Origin: Escherichia coli
GTDB taxonomy: Bacteria > Pseudomonadota > Gammaproteobacteria > Enterobacterales > Enterobacteriaceae
Length of the DNA: 64,000 nt
Assembly: GCF_011045215.1 (NCBI RefSeq)
Contig: NZ_CP049201.1
Strand: one strand, 5' to 3'
Part shown: positions 33,628 to 43,584 of the stretch, one piece after another
Position numbering within the stretch: position 1 is the stretch's first letter
How the letters are laid out: every line of letters begins with the position of its first letter
Notes under the pieces: model-generated
The model's input: the letters and a program-made list of their open reading frames with translations, nothing else
Told to the model about the DNA's origin: nothing
The model's database searches: none
Made by a program: the position numbers and the translations under genes

Positions 33628-33929
33628 TTATTCAGGAAATAACGCCCGGATATTTCCGGCCATCTGACTGGTTATCTGTGCGGTTGATACTGGCTGTGAT
33701 GCGGGGCGTTCTGTCCTGGTTTGTGTCACTGATAACGCTTCATCATCAGCCCATGCAGCTAGTCGGTAAGCCTCTGCCGGATTCATTTTCAGAAGTGCCA
33801 GCCCGGCCAGAAAAGCCACACGTTGGCCGCTTTTGCGGGCTTCTGGTGTAAGGCTGTCCAGCCAGGCGCATGCTTCGCCTTCGTTCTTGACGGCGGCGGG
33901 CTTCAGATAGAAACTTATCCGTCTGGTTG
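33628..33929 (-). CDS. ParR/StbB-like partition adaptor protein
   Basis: From MTTPTRRISFYLKPAA...LDSLTPEARKSGQRVAFLAGLALL...NIRALFPE; resembles plasmid R1 ParR (RRTIAFKLNP...LDSIPQGERSRLNRAALTAGLAL...LRSLFPKE) from memory; lies directly downstream of the parM-like gene. Confidence 0.65.
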
Positions 33930-33943
33930 GTGTCGTCATTGGT

Positions 33944-34893
33944 TTACTCCTTGTCCATTGCGTACAGCCCATTAACCAGAGCAAACTGTGGCACCCCGTC
34001 CGCGATGAAAGTCGCATTAACTCCGCAGGCTTCGCGGATAGCGGGTGCCACAATCTCCGCCCCGCCACCGACAACCATCACCCGCCCGTAACCCGAAAAA
34101 ACCGCCAGCGCGCGGATCACGCGTTGTTTCAGTGTTTCTTCCTTTTCACGAATAACCGCCATCAGGCTGGCGTAATGCGCGTCATTGTGGATGTGTTGGC
34201 GCAACCAGGCTTCATCATGGCGATGTTCGATAATGGTATTGGCGATGTGGTGACTGGTACGCATACCGTTAGCGGCCATCACCGACAGCACGGCACCGGC
34301 CATCAGGGAGACGCCTACGTGTGGATCGCAAAACACCTGGCTGATACCTGCCAGTTGCCCCTGAACCTTTGCCACATCCAGCGTGGTTCCGCCTAAATCC
34401 ACAATCAGCAGGGATTCAAACGGACTCATGTCAGCCAGTGCTTTAAAGCCAGCCGGAATGGATTCAGGCATAACCCGCACGTTACGGATAGTGAATGCTT
34501 CGCCGTTCTGGTACTCCACCGGGCGCATAACGTTCGCTTTTTTGCGGTTGATGTTGGCCATGTCCGGCTGTGCGTTTGTGTCGAAATACTCGCTCAGTGG
34601 CAGGGTGACAACCACATCCACCTCCTGTGGCGTGATGCCTGATTTGACCAGCGTGTGATGAATGGCGATTACATTCACATCGCTGTACTGGTATTGCGTG
34701 TCGGTCGTCTGGACAAAGCGATCGCTGACCGGATCAAAACCATAGCGCACGCCATCAAGCATGTAGTTCGCGGGCTGCATGCCACCGAACGGCGCAGATC
34801 ATTCCGACTTGAAGCTGTTCGGGCTGATGGCGTTGCGGCGTTCGCCATTCTCAGTCCATGCCAGCTTGATGTTGGTGGAGCCGTCGTCGATAC
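33944..34893 (-). pseudogene. ParM/StbA-like actin-type ATPase with in-frame TGA nonsense codon
   Basis: MKICIDDGSTNIKLAWTENGERRNAISPNSFKSE-TGA(34799-34801)-SAPFGGMQPANY...; remainder matches ParM (VMPESIPAGF, IVDLGGTTLD, VMVVGGGAE); the stop replaces the Trp of R1 ParM KREWAVSFG. Confidence 0.75.
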
Positions 34894-34932
34894 AAATTTT
34901 CATGTCGCTTTTCCTTATGTTGATTAATTAAT

Positions 34933-35044
34933 CGTTTACGGGATTCTGAAATCCCGTTTTTGCCTGTTTTGTGTGCGCTTCATATATCGCGGCGCGTTTT
35001 TTGCTCATTTACGGGATTTGTGAATCCCGTTTCTGTCTGTTTTT
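34933..35044. repeat. two ~36-bp direct repeats, each with an internal dyad (acgggatt..aatcccgt), upstream of the parM-like gene
   Basis: tttacgggattctgaaatcccgtttttgcctgtttt (34933..34968) and tttacgggatttgtgaatcccgtttctgtctgtttt (35008..35044); candidate parC-like centromere/operator, or a remnant of a replication origin near the end of gene A. Confidence 0.5.
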
Positions 35045-36533
35045 TGTTTCCACTGGTCAGGCCACCCCGCAGCAGGTCTGCTTTGCGGCGGGCACGTTCA
35101 GTGGTTTCACTGATTCTCTGTGCGTGCTCTGCGTCGCGGATGGCGCGCAGCATGTCAGAAAGCACGGTAACGGGGGTTTTCATGGTGTTCTGGTCCTGCT
35201 GAAGTGTGGATGCCAGACGTGCGGCGGCTTCGAGGTCTGATGCCCCCAGCTGTTCCAGATAGCTGGCGACCGGGTTATGGCGGATCTCCGTGCTGCTTAC
35301 GCCGTGATTACGGCTCAGGCGCTGCCAGAGCTGCGTGATTCGGCTGTCCGGGCGGGTATCCGGTTTGCGTACAATTTCAAATCCCTGCGGTGCAATGATG
35401 CTGCCGTCAACGTACAGGCTGCCGCCCCGTAACAGGTGCTGCATCTGCTGTTCACCGATATGCATGCCGAGAGATTCGGCAGATTCCCGCCATTCTTTAG
35501 CGAGTAATTCGTGGTTATCAGGCAAAGGCCGCTGCTGTTTGCGGCTCTGTGTCCAGCTCTGCATTTCATCACTGCTGTTTTTTGCCTGTTTGTCACGCAG
35601 CGAACGCATCAGCGCCCGGCGTTCGTGCCGTTTCAGTGAGCGCACCCATTCATCCACATCAACGCCGTCAGGAAGCTGCGGCCACGGTGCTGGCCGTTCT
35701 TCCGGCTGTTCTGTCCCGTTGTTGTCCGTTTCCTGTACACGGGGACAGTTATTGCCACGAGTCCAAGGGGCGGCAGGGCCGCTCTGAAGGTCAAAACCAT
35801 TTTCGCGGGAGCTGTCTTCCGCTTCCGGTTTGCGTCTTACCAGCTTCCAGTTATCCGGATGCGTGCATACGCGGGAAGACTCCCCGATGAGCGGCGACCA
35901 GATCCCGTAAATCTGTACACTCTGCTCACCGTAATCGTTCAGTTCATCTGCGAGGTCGTAGGCGGTGCGAATCAGGTAGTCTTTGCGTGGAACAAGCACG
36001 CCACCCTGTTTTTCAATGTAGGTGGCAAAACACCCGGCATCAGCGGCAGCGAGTACCGCATCCATTGCGTCATCCTTCAGCCGTTGCGGGCCTTCCGGGT
36101 TGCGTGCCATCTGGCTGGCAAGGCGGCGCAGTTCACGCCACACCTGACGGGAGGGGATACCAAAGAACTGGAACTGGCGGACCCGGTGAAGGCGCGCCCA
36201 GCCGATGGCGCGTTCCACGCTCTCGGCCATTGATTTTCCGGTTTCGTGGTCAACGCGTGGCTTGCCCGTTTTCGGGTCGATGCCATCCACGGCGCGGCTG
36301 TCCAGGTTCTTTCCGATGTAGGTGGCGATGTAGCTGGTTGGCGTGCCTTTTGAGCCGTCGACGTACTCCGCCTTAAAACGCGGAGTTATGTCATCGCCCA
36401 GCTCGTGGCGGTCTTCCTGAATGGCAATATCGCAGACGTGGGACACGATGGTTTCAATCTCGTCCGGATGTGCAAAGACCATCATATGCCAGTGCACAGT
36501 GCCGTCATGGTGAGGCTCCAGCGGTGTATTCAC
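34980..36533 (-). pseudogene. replication initiation endonuclease gpA-like, N-terminally truncated
   Basis: 517-aa ORF begins within the region matching P2 A (LEPHHDGTVHWHMMVF vs P2 VEPHHDGTPHWHMMVF as recalled); the N-terminal part of a full-length A protein plus cox/B equivalents are missing. Confidence 0.7.
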
Positions 36534-36686
36534 TCAGCGAGGCACACCCGCCAGCAGTGTGATGCGCCAGCATTGCCGCAAATACGGAGGCCGGGGAGTC
36601 GTAATACGCCAGCAGTGATTCGCCATGCGGTGTCAGGCAGCGCAACGCCAGCCCGTGTGGTGTTAAGTCCACGCGGTAGCAGTCGT

Positions 36687-36836
36687 CTACTGTGAAATAA
36701 AGGGTGAGCGTTGTTCTTTAGCTGCCATTTCATCAATGACGGCTCGCTCTTCGAGGGACAGCCGAAGTGCCAGTCTTGGACCTGTGGCGGTGTTACGCGG
36801 AATGCGTGATCTGGTATCGTGAAGAACTTGTTTCAT
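36687..36836 (-). CDS. small ribbon-helix-helix-like ORF (49 aa), uncertain
   Basis: Manual translation MKQVLHDTRSRIPRNTATGPRLALRLSLEERAVIDEMAAKEQRSPFISQ: beta-strand/helix pattern of RHH proteins; lies between A fragment and the divergent repressor gene. Confidence 0.3.
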   Translation of the reverse strand: MKQVLHDTRSRIPRNTATGPRLALRLSLEERAVIDEMAAKEQRSPFISQ

Positions 36837-36911
36837 AGTGGTATATTGTGATCATCTAATAGCTCATGAAATCATTTTGGTATCAAAAAAGATACCTGTC
36901 AAGGTTTTTGT

Positions 36912-37316
36912 ATGAAAAATGATATTGGTCAGCGGTTGCGTGAGGAAAGGGAAAGATTGGGGCTTAGTCAAGTTGCTATGAGCGACATTGGTGGAGTCAA
37001 AAAGCTAACTCAGCTTAGATATGAGAAAGGAGATAGCTTTCCTGATGCTGCGTATTTGGCAGCGCTGTCTCGTTTTGGCCTTGATGTTCAGTATGTTGTG
37101 TTGGGAATTCACTCACCTGAAACTTATAACGATGATGAGCAGGAGTTGATTACTCGCTTTCGAGCAGCTTCGTTAGATGTAAAAAACGCGGTGATCGGGG
37201 CTTTAAAAGGTGCGGGCAGTGAAAAGGAAACTCAGCCATCAGGGCGTGAGTTAAATATTTCTGGTGGTAATAACCGTATCGCTGGTCGTGACTATAACGA
37301 AACTAAGGGTAGGTGA
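36912..37316 (+). CDS. XRE-family HTH repressor (P2 C-like immunity repressor) with C-terminal tail
   Basis: IGQRLREERERLGLSQVAMSDIGGVKKLTQLRYEKGDSFPDAAYLAALSRFGLD HTH; divergent from A, co-directional with int as for P2 C; C-terminal ...SGGNNRIAGRDYNE motif repeated in the next protein. Confidence 0.7.
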   Translation: MKNDIGQRLREERERLGLSQVAMSDIGGVKKLTQLRYEKGDSFPDAAYLAALSRFGLDVQYVVLGIHSPETYNDDEQELITRFRAASLDVKNAVIGALKGAGSEKETQPSGRELNISGGNNRIAGRDYNETKGR

Positions 37317-37331
37317 TAGTAGGGAGGTGAC

Positions 37332-37982
37332 ATGGCCGTCAACTCAAACGGTTCAAACAATCGCGTTGCTGGGCGTGATTTTCACGAAAAGAATATTCAG
37401 ATAGAGCGATATGATGGTTCTCATACCGTCAATATCGCAATCCCTTCGAATAATGATGATGACGCTCGCCCTTTGCTTAAGGCACAGCGTAAGGAGCTAA
37501 ATAGCTTGGTTGCTGCTATTGCAGAAGCTAGCAATACTGAAGCGTTTATTATTTGGCAAAAAGTACATGCGGAGATTGGTGTAGCTGGTATTGATGATAT
37601 GACAATAAATCAATATAAAACAGCGGAGAGTTTTCTGCATGCAATGCTTGAGCGATGTAAAGATCATGATGCCTGTAAGACTCTTGTAAGTTTATTACTA
37701 CGTAACAGTGAAGACTGTGGACTTCGACAAAAACTTCTGCGGTATTGCCATATCAATTTCGGTACAGGACGTTTAAACGATCTTACTCGTTCTCAGTTAC
37801 AGTCTGCATTGTCGTGGTTAGAGCAACAATCGGTATCAAGCCACTCAGAGAATTCGACCTTACCAGAAGTTCGCCTTCGTGCTTCAGAATTAATCCGATT
37901 TTATCCAAAAGAAATAATATTCTTTATCTGCGTAGGGGTTTTGGTAGGCGGAGCCATTTCTAGGATGTTTTTTAATTTGTAA
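37332..37982 (+). CDS. tail-anchored membrane protein of unknown function (lysogeny-operon cargo)
   Basis: 216 aa; N-terminal SNGSNNRVAGRDFHE repeat shared with the upstream repressor; single C-terminal TM helix (IIFFICVGVLVGGAISRMFF); strong SD (GGAGGTGA) after three consecutive in-frame stops. Confidence 0.6.
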   Translation: MAVNSNGSNNRVAGRDFHEKNIQIERYDGSHTVNIAIPSNNDDDARPLLKAQRKELNSLVAAIAEASNTEAFIIWQKVHAEIGVAGIDDMTINQYKTAESFLHAMLERCKDHDACKTLVSLLLRNSEDCGLRQKLLRYCHINFGTGRLNDLTRSQLQSALSWLEQQSVSSHSENSTLPEVRLRASELIRFYPKEIIFFICVGVLVGGAISRMFFNL

Positions 37983-38011
37983 TCTTACTTGAGCTAAATT
38001 GAGGCAATGAC

Positions 38012-38359
38012 ATGAAAGTAAAAAAGGTTCAACTATTAGTTGCTTTTTTATCTATGTTTTCTTTTTCCGCCGTCGCAATGCCTTTTAAAACTATTGAACG
38101 TGAGAGTTTCAATGGAGTATGGCCATTTAATACAGATGAGGTTCAATTGCAGTGTCTTGATGGTAATCCTTATGTGATGAATTTTGACGATAATAAGTTA
38201 TATGCGCTTACAGGTTTGGCTCGAATAAAAGGTAAAACATTTGGTGCGTTACCGTTAGATAACAATAATCCATTTTGGCTAGATAATGATGCCGCCCCAG
38301 GGTTAAAAAAGAATCTGGGGGACGTCACTAAGGCTGCATTTGATTTATGTGATAAGTAA
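38012..38359 (+). CDS. YebY-like (DUF2511) secreted/periplasmic protein
   Basis: 115 aa; signal peptide MKVKKVQLLVAFLSMFSFSAVA; ...WPFNTDEVQLQC... and C-terminal ...LC resemble E. coli YebY as recalled. Confidence 0.55.
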   Translation: MKVKKVQLLVAFLSMFSFSAVAMPFKTIERESFNGVWPFNTDEVQLQCLDGNPYVMNFDDNKLYALTGLARIKGKTFGALPLDNNNPFWLDNDAAPGLKKNLGDVTKAAFDLCDK

Positions 38360-38364
38360 CAAAA

Positions 38365-39366
38365 ATGTCGGTTCGTAAAACTCCATCAGGTAAATGGCTT
38401 TGCGAATGTTATCCCTACGGAGCATCGGGAAAACGCATTCGTAAACAGTTTGCGACAAAAAGTGAGGCGCTCTCTTATGAGCGCCGTTTAATGAATAGTA
38501 GAGTTGGAGACGAGTTTCAAGATGGTTCTGGTCCTCGTCTTTCTGAGTTGATTGCTCGTTGGTTTGAGATGTACGGAAAAACCTTGTCCTCTGGTGCAGA
38601 GCGCAAAGTCAAACTTGAGGCGATTTGTTCTAGGCTGGGAGATCCATTTGCTTCTCAGTTTGACAAAAATATGTTTGCTACTTATCGGGAAAGAAGGCTA
38701 TCAGGAGAATGGAATCCCAAGGGGAAGAAAAAACTTAGTGAAGCAACCGTTAATCGCGAGCAGTCATATCTACATGCTGTTTTTGCCGAACTGAAGCGCC
38801 TTGGGGAGTGGTCTGGTGAAAACCCCCTGACTGGAATTCGCAAGTTTCGTGAGGAAGAAAAGGAGCTGGCGTTTCTGTATGTAGATGAGATTGAACGCCT
38901 TTTGATTGCGTGTGATGATTCACGGAATAAAGATTTGGGGGTTGTTGTCCGTATTGGGCTTGCGACTGGTGCTCGGTGGAGTGAAGCAGAAGGATTAAAG
39001 CAATCTCAAGTACTGCCCGGTCGAATCACATTTGTTAAAACTAAAGGAAAGAAGAACCGCACTGTACCGATTTCACCTCAATTGCAGGCTATGCTTCCTA
39101 AAAAACGAGGAGCGCTATTTTCACCATGTTATGAGGCTTTTGACGCTGCAATTAAGAGAGCGAAGATAGAGCTCCCTGATGGGCAATTAACTCATGTGCT
39201 ACGTCACACGTTTGCTAGTCATTTTATGATGCGGGGCGGAAATATTCTTGTGTTGCAAAAAATACTGGGGCATAGCGATATAAAAATGACTATGCGTTAT
39301 GCGCATTTTGCTCCGGGTCATTTAGAGGCTGCTGTTGAATTAAACCCTTTTGACAATAGAGGGTAA
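38365..39366 (+). CDS. int: phage tyrosine integrase
   Basis: 333 aa; C-terminal catalytic region HVLRHTFASHFMMRGGNILVLQKILGHSDIKMTMRYAHF (R...HxxR...Y); ~110 bp from attR. Confidence 0.9.
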   Translation: MSVRKTPSGKWLCECYPYGASGKRIRKQFATKSEALSYERRLMNSRVGDEFQDGSGPRLSELIARWFEMYGKTLSSGAERKVKLEAICSRLGDPFASQFDKNMFATYRERRLSGEWNPKGKKKLSEATVNREQSYLHAVFAELKRLGEWSGENPLTGIRKFREEEKELAFLYVDEIERLLIACDDSRNKDLGVVVRIGLATGARWSEAEGLKQSQVLPGRITFVKTKGKKNRTVPISPQLQAMLPKKRGALFSPCYEAFDAAIKRAKIELPDGQLTHVLRHTFASHFMMRGGNILVLQKILGHSDIKMTMRYAHFAPGHLEAAVELNPFDNRG

Positions 39367-39472
39367 AAAGTGGCGATAAAAAGTGACAATAGATTCAAAT
39401 GGCGTCGTATAGAGCTATTTGCAAAGTTAATAAAATCATAAGGTTATGATTTATAAATGGTGGTTGATAGTT

Positions 39473-39596
39473 TTTAAAATCCCTCGGCGTTCGCGCTGTG
39501 CGGGTTCAAGTCCCGCTCCGGGTACCATGGGAAAGATAAGAATAAAATCAAAGCAATAAGCAGTGTCGTGAAACCACCTTCGGGTGGTTTTTTTGT
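39473..39596 (+). repeat. attR: second copy of the 124-bp repeat (partial leuZ 3' end 39473..39527 plus downstream terminator)
   Basis: Identical to 17775..17898. Confidence 0.85.
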
Positions 39597-39722
39597 GCCT
39601 GCAACTTGTCGTTACACCCTCCTTAATTTTTAATCACCGGCAAAGCCACTCAAAAAGTATCTCTGATACGGACCGGCATGTAAGATAGGTGCTGGCGAGT
39701 TGAGATCCACAAGGAAAAGCGT

Positions 39723-40388
39723 ATGAAAACGGGACCGTTAAACGAAAGTGAGTTGGAATGGCTGGACGATATTCTGACCAAATACAACACTGACCACGCC
39801 ATCCTTGATGTGGCGGAGCTGGACGGTTTATTGACGGCAGTGTTGAGTTCTCCGCAAGAGATTGAACCGGCACAGTGGCTGGTTGCCGTGTGGGGTGGGG
39901 CTGACTATGTGCCGCGCTGGGCGTCAGAGAAAGAGATGACGCGCTTTATGAACCTGGCTTTTCAACATATGGCCGATACCGCAGAGCGTCTGAACGAATT
40001 CCCGGAGCAGTTTGAGCCGTTATTCGGCTTGCGAGAAGTTGATGGCAGCGAGCTGACGATTGTTGAGGAGTGGTGCTTTGGCTATATGCGGGGCGTGGCA
40101 CTTTCTGACTGGTCAACATTGCCCGATTCGTTAAAACCAGCGCTGGAGGCGATAGCGCTGCACGGTACTGAGGAAAACTTCGAGCGGGTAGAGAAGATGT
40201 CGCCAGAAGCGTTTGAAGAGAGCGTAGATGCCATTCGACTGGCGGCGCTTGATTTACATGCATACTGGATGGCGCATCCGCAGGAAAAAGCTGTTCAGCA
40301 ACCGATCAAAGCAGAAGAGAAACCGGGGCGTAACGATCCTTGTCCGTGCGGCAGTGGTAAGAAATTTAAGCAGTGCTGCCTGCATTAA
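39723..40388 (+). CDS. yecA: UPF0149 family protein with SEC-C metal-binding motif
   Basis: 221 aa; C-terminal [13 protein letters not shown]; synteny with tyrP. Confidence 0.9.
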   Translation: MKTGPLNESELEWLDDILTKYNTDHAILDVAELDGLLTAVLSSPQEIEPAQWLVAVWGGADYVPRWASEKEMTRFMNLAFQHMADTAERLNEFPEQFEPLFGLREVDGSELTIVEEWCFGYMRGVALSDWSTLPDSLKPALEAIALHGTEENFERVEKMSPEAFEESVDAIRLAALDLHAYWMAHPQEKAVQQPIKAEEKPGRNDPCPCGSGKKFKQCCLH

Positions 40389-40449
40389 GAAGTCAAATTG
40401 GGTGTCAGCGTTAATTCTGGCACCCAATAAGGAATTTGAGGCTATCTAA

Positions 40450-41661
40450 TCACCCCACTTCTGGTAACAACCCTGCCGCAATCAAAAATTGCACGCCAAT
40501 CACAGCAATACCACAGAGAAACACCACCACCAGCGCCGGACGACCACCTTTGACCCGGTAACCCGCTTGAGGATTGTGCCTTCTGCTTTGCCAGGTCAAC
40601 AGCGAAGGGATAATCAATGCCAGTACCGCCAGCGCCACACCGGCGTAACCCAGCGCCATCACAAATCCTCGTGGATAAAACAGTGCAAACGCCAACGGCG
40701 GCAGAAAGGTAATTGCTCCAGTTTGCAATCGTCCACCAACGGTATTTGAACGCTGAAACAAATCAGCCAGATAATCAAATAAGCCTAACGCAACGCCGAG
40801 AAATGACGTGGCGAGGGCTAAATCAGCAAATAAATGCACTGCCAGCTCAACATGCGGAGAGGCCACCATTTCGCGTAACGCCTGTAACAGCCCGTTTAAT
40901 CCGGCATGATTAGCCAGCAATCCCATAAAGGTTGTTGAATCAATGCTGCCAAGCGTCGCCACCTGCCAGAAAATATATGCCACCAGGGGGATCGCACTAC
41001 CGATTATAAACACCCAGCGTAGCTTACGAATGTTGCCATCCATATAGCTGACAATACTCGGCACGCTACCGTGAAAACCAAACGACGTAAAAATCACCGG
41101 GATTGCAGACAGTGCCAGCCCCTGTTGCAACGGCAGGGTTAAAAGATTCACTTTGTGAATATGCGGTAGCAGCAATACCAACATCACCACCAAAAAAATA
41201 ATTTTGGCGCTGAACAGAAAACGGTTAAATAAATCGACCAGCGATGTTCCAACACAAACCACGCCACCGGCAACAAAAGTGAACAACAGCACGCCAGCGG
41301 TTGCCGACATTGAAATACCTGTCCAGTCGCTGATGCTGGAGGCCAACAATTCACCGGCACCGCTGATGTATGCCGCAGTCAGAGCATACATTAAGAACAT
41401 CATACTGAAGCCCGTCAGCCATTGACCGTAGCGTCCCAGATAGCGTTTTGCCAGCGTGCCCAGACCGGTATCTGCCGGAACATGCTGGTACACCTCCAGC
41501 AGTAATAGCGCCGTGTAGCACATCAACGCCCAAAGCCCAATCAACAAGATTAACGTAACGCTAAAACCAACACCGGCCGCAGCCAGCGGCATTGCCAGCA
41601 TGCCTGCGCCAATTGTGGTTCCCGCCACGATAAAAACACTTCCCAGGGTTCTGTTTTTCAC
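40450..41661 (-). CDS. tyrP: tyrosine-specific transport protein
   Basis: 403-aa polytopic membrane ORF; synteny. Confidence 0.9.
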   Translation of the reverse strand: MKNRTLGSVFIVAGTTIGAGMLAMPLAAAGVGFSVTLILLIGLWALMCYTALLLLEVYQHVPADTGLGTLAKRYLGRYGQWLTGFSMMFLMYALTAAYISGAGELLASSISDWTGISMSATAGVLLFTFVAGGVVCVGTSLVDLFNRFLFSAKIIFLVVMLVLLLPHIHKVNLLTLPLQQGLALSAIPVIFTSFGFHGSVPSIVSYMDGNIRKLRWVFIIGSAIPLVAYIFWQVATLGSIDSTTFMGLLANHAGLNGLLQALREMVASPHVELAVHLFADLALATSFLGVALGLFDYLADLFQRSNTVGGRLQTGAITFLPPLAFALFYPRGFVMALGYAGVALAVLALIIPSLLTWQSRRHNPQAGYRVKGGRPALVVVFLCGIAVIGVQFLIAAGLLPEVG

Positions 41662-41852
41662 GCTTTCTTCTGTCCTGACGATCTTTATGAGTGATATCTG
41701 CGGCGCAGGTTAAGGCATAACGGCTGCTTCGTCAAACCGACGTTACATATGGTGTAAATATAAATGTACAATAAAAAGCATTCAGTCCTGCGCTGGCGCA
41801 AAGTCTTCATAAGCGGCAATCGCTACGCTAGGCTTTTTTTTGAGGAGGAACG

Positions 41853-42092
41853 ATGGACTCTATTCACGGTCATGAAGTGTTAAATATGATGATTGAATCA
41901 GGCGAGCAATATACGCATGCCAGTCTGGAAGCTGCGATTAAAGCGCGTTTTGGTGAACAGGCACGTTTTCACACTTGCTCGGCAGAAGGGATGACAGCGG
42001 GAGAGCTGGTAGCGTTTCTGGCAGCAAAAGGCAAATTGATAGCTTCAGAAGAAGGTTTTTCGACCGATCAGAGTAAGATTTGCCGTCACTGA
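41853..42092 (+). CDS. yecH: DUF2492 family protein YecH
   Basis: 79-aa ORF between tyrP and ftnA. Confidence 0.8.
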   Translation: MDSIHGHEVLNMMIESGEQYTHASLEAAIKARFGEQARFHTCSAEGMTAGELVAFLAAKGKLIASEEGFSTDQSKICRH

Positions 42093-42129
42093 TTTGAAAC
42101 GGCGGCAGAAAACCTGCCGCCTGAGAGCA

Positions 42130-42627
42130 TTAGTTTTGTGTGTCGAGGGTAGAGAGTTCTTTGTCGATAAAATACAGACCTTCGCCGCTTTTGCCTGCCA
42201 GGCTTAATTTATCAATAATCGATTTGAACAGTTTCTCTTCTTCATGCTGCTCAGAAACATACCATTGCAGGAAATTAAATGTTGGGTAGTCCTGATTGGT
42301 CATTGCAGCATGAGCCAGTTCGTTAATTTTCTGGGTGATTAATTGTTCGTGTTTATAGGTTTCCTGGAATAATTCATCAAGTGAGGAATATTCAGCAAAC
42401 GGAGATTCAACGGTATTAATACGCGGTAAATTGCCGGTATCAGTCAGGTAATCAAACAGACGCTGCATATGCGTCATCTCTTCCTGGGCGTGACGGCGCA
42501 GGAACGCGGCAGCACCTTCGAAGGTATGATAGCTGCACCAGGCGCTCATTTGCTGATAAAGCAGTGAAGAGTACAGTTCCAGGTTCATCTGCTCATTAAG
42601 TTTTTCAATCATTTCTGGTTTCAGCAT
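42130..42627 (-). CDS. ftnA: ferritin (non-haem iron storage)
   Basis: ORF 42130..42642; start [31 protein letters not shown]...; ferritin di-iron site residues. Confidence 0.9.
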
Positions 42628-42797
42628 GATAGTGCTCCACAAAGGTTATATTTGTTGCTGTGGCGTCACTATAATTTGTTATTTTATTATTTGCAAAAGG
42701 TAAAATATAAACTTCAATTATTAAAAATACGAATGGGAATAAAACGCATTACCGCTATTTCTTTAATCAGCGAAGATCCCCTCGCTGATTAAAATAT

Positions 42798-43121
42798 TTA
42801 GAGAAAGACAGGGAAGGCGGAATGATGGCACTGATATGACAAAGTGAATTCCGTATTCAAACATAAGGAACCCGCAAAAAGGCTACAGTTGCCTACTGGC
42901 TGACCAAAGGGGATCGCGTGGGTATAGCCTTCCTGCTGGCATGCGCGATCGGCGATCCCGCGACTGACATAACGATCGGTATGGGCATGCTGCAAAAAAG
43001 CCTGGTCATAAACCAACCGTACAATACCTGTTGCCGCGTCAACTTCGCTCACATGGGCCTGGCGAGTAACTGTACACCCCGCCAGCGTTATTAATGAAAG
43101 AGTCAGAATCAGAAGTCTCAT
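42798..43121 (-). CDS. yecR: lipoprotein YecR
   Basis: 107 aa; lipobox MRLLILTLSLITLAGC. Confidence 0.8.
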   Translation of the reverse strand: MRLLILTLSLITLAGCTVTRQAHVSEVDAATGIVRLVYDQAFLQHAHTDRYVSRGIADRACQQEGYTHAIPFGQPVGNCSLFAGSLCLNTEFTLSYQCHHSAFPVFL

Positions 43122-43383
43122 GGTCCAGCCAGAAGAGTAAGAGAAAGCACTATTTTACGCGTTACAGCGCTGCGACAATGGCCGGAAAAGACGCCTGGCA
43201 GGCGCTATTTCTTGCCATCTGTAGGTGTCAGAAATAGGGGGGCTGTTTTTGGATTATCATTTTTATAACATTAAAGGGGTATTTATGTGATTTGTATCAC
43301 ATAAAGATTGATTTTTGTGATGGTTGTCATATTATAAGCGCAAAGACAATAACACCTGTATAACAAATGGTCGGAGTGCCGCG

Positions 43384-43470
43384 ATGAAACTGCGCAAAAT
43401 CCTGAAAAGTATGTTCAATAACTATTGCAAGACGTTCAAAGACGTACCGCCAGGCAATATGTTCCGATAA
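43384..43470 (+). CDS. azuC: small protein AzuC (28 aa)
   Basis: Manual translation MKLRKILKSMFNNYCKTFKDVPPGNMFR, followed by hairpin terminator 43473..43499. Confidence 0.7.
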   Translation: MKLRKILKSMFNNYCKTFKDVPPGNMFR

Positions 43471-43472
43471 CA

Positions 43473-43499
43473 AAAAACCTGCTCCGGCAGGTTTTTTTG
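43473..43499 (+). terminator. rho-independent terminator after azuC
   Basis: aaaaaacctgctccggcaggttttttt. Confidence 0.6.
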
Positions 43500-43584
43500 T
43501 GTCCTGATGACGGTGGATGTGACTATCGTTGAAGATGTGAAGCCGCTACTATAACGGTTTTCAAAATGCTATCAGGAGTTTACG

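Larger units (their letters stand above)
17775..39596. mobile_element. degraded P2-like prophage / genomic island integrated at tRNA-Leu leuZ
   Basis: Bounded by 124-bp direct repeats; contains P2-type ogr, D, FI, FII, E/E', T, U, tail-fibre assembly, H and Q fragments, A fragment, C-like repressor and tyrosine integrase; yecA (normally next to leuZ) resumes right after the right-hand repeat. Confidence 0.9.

Noticed and set aside
34799-34801. In-frame TGA in the parM-like gene as selenocysteine or programmed read-through
   Set aside because: The codon replaces a conserved Trp (TGG) and no SECIS-like hairpin is evident immediately downstream; a simple nonsense mutation (or sequencing error) is more parsimonious.
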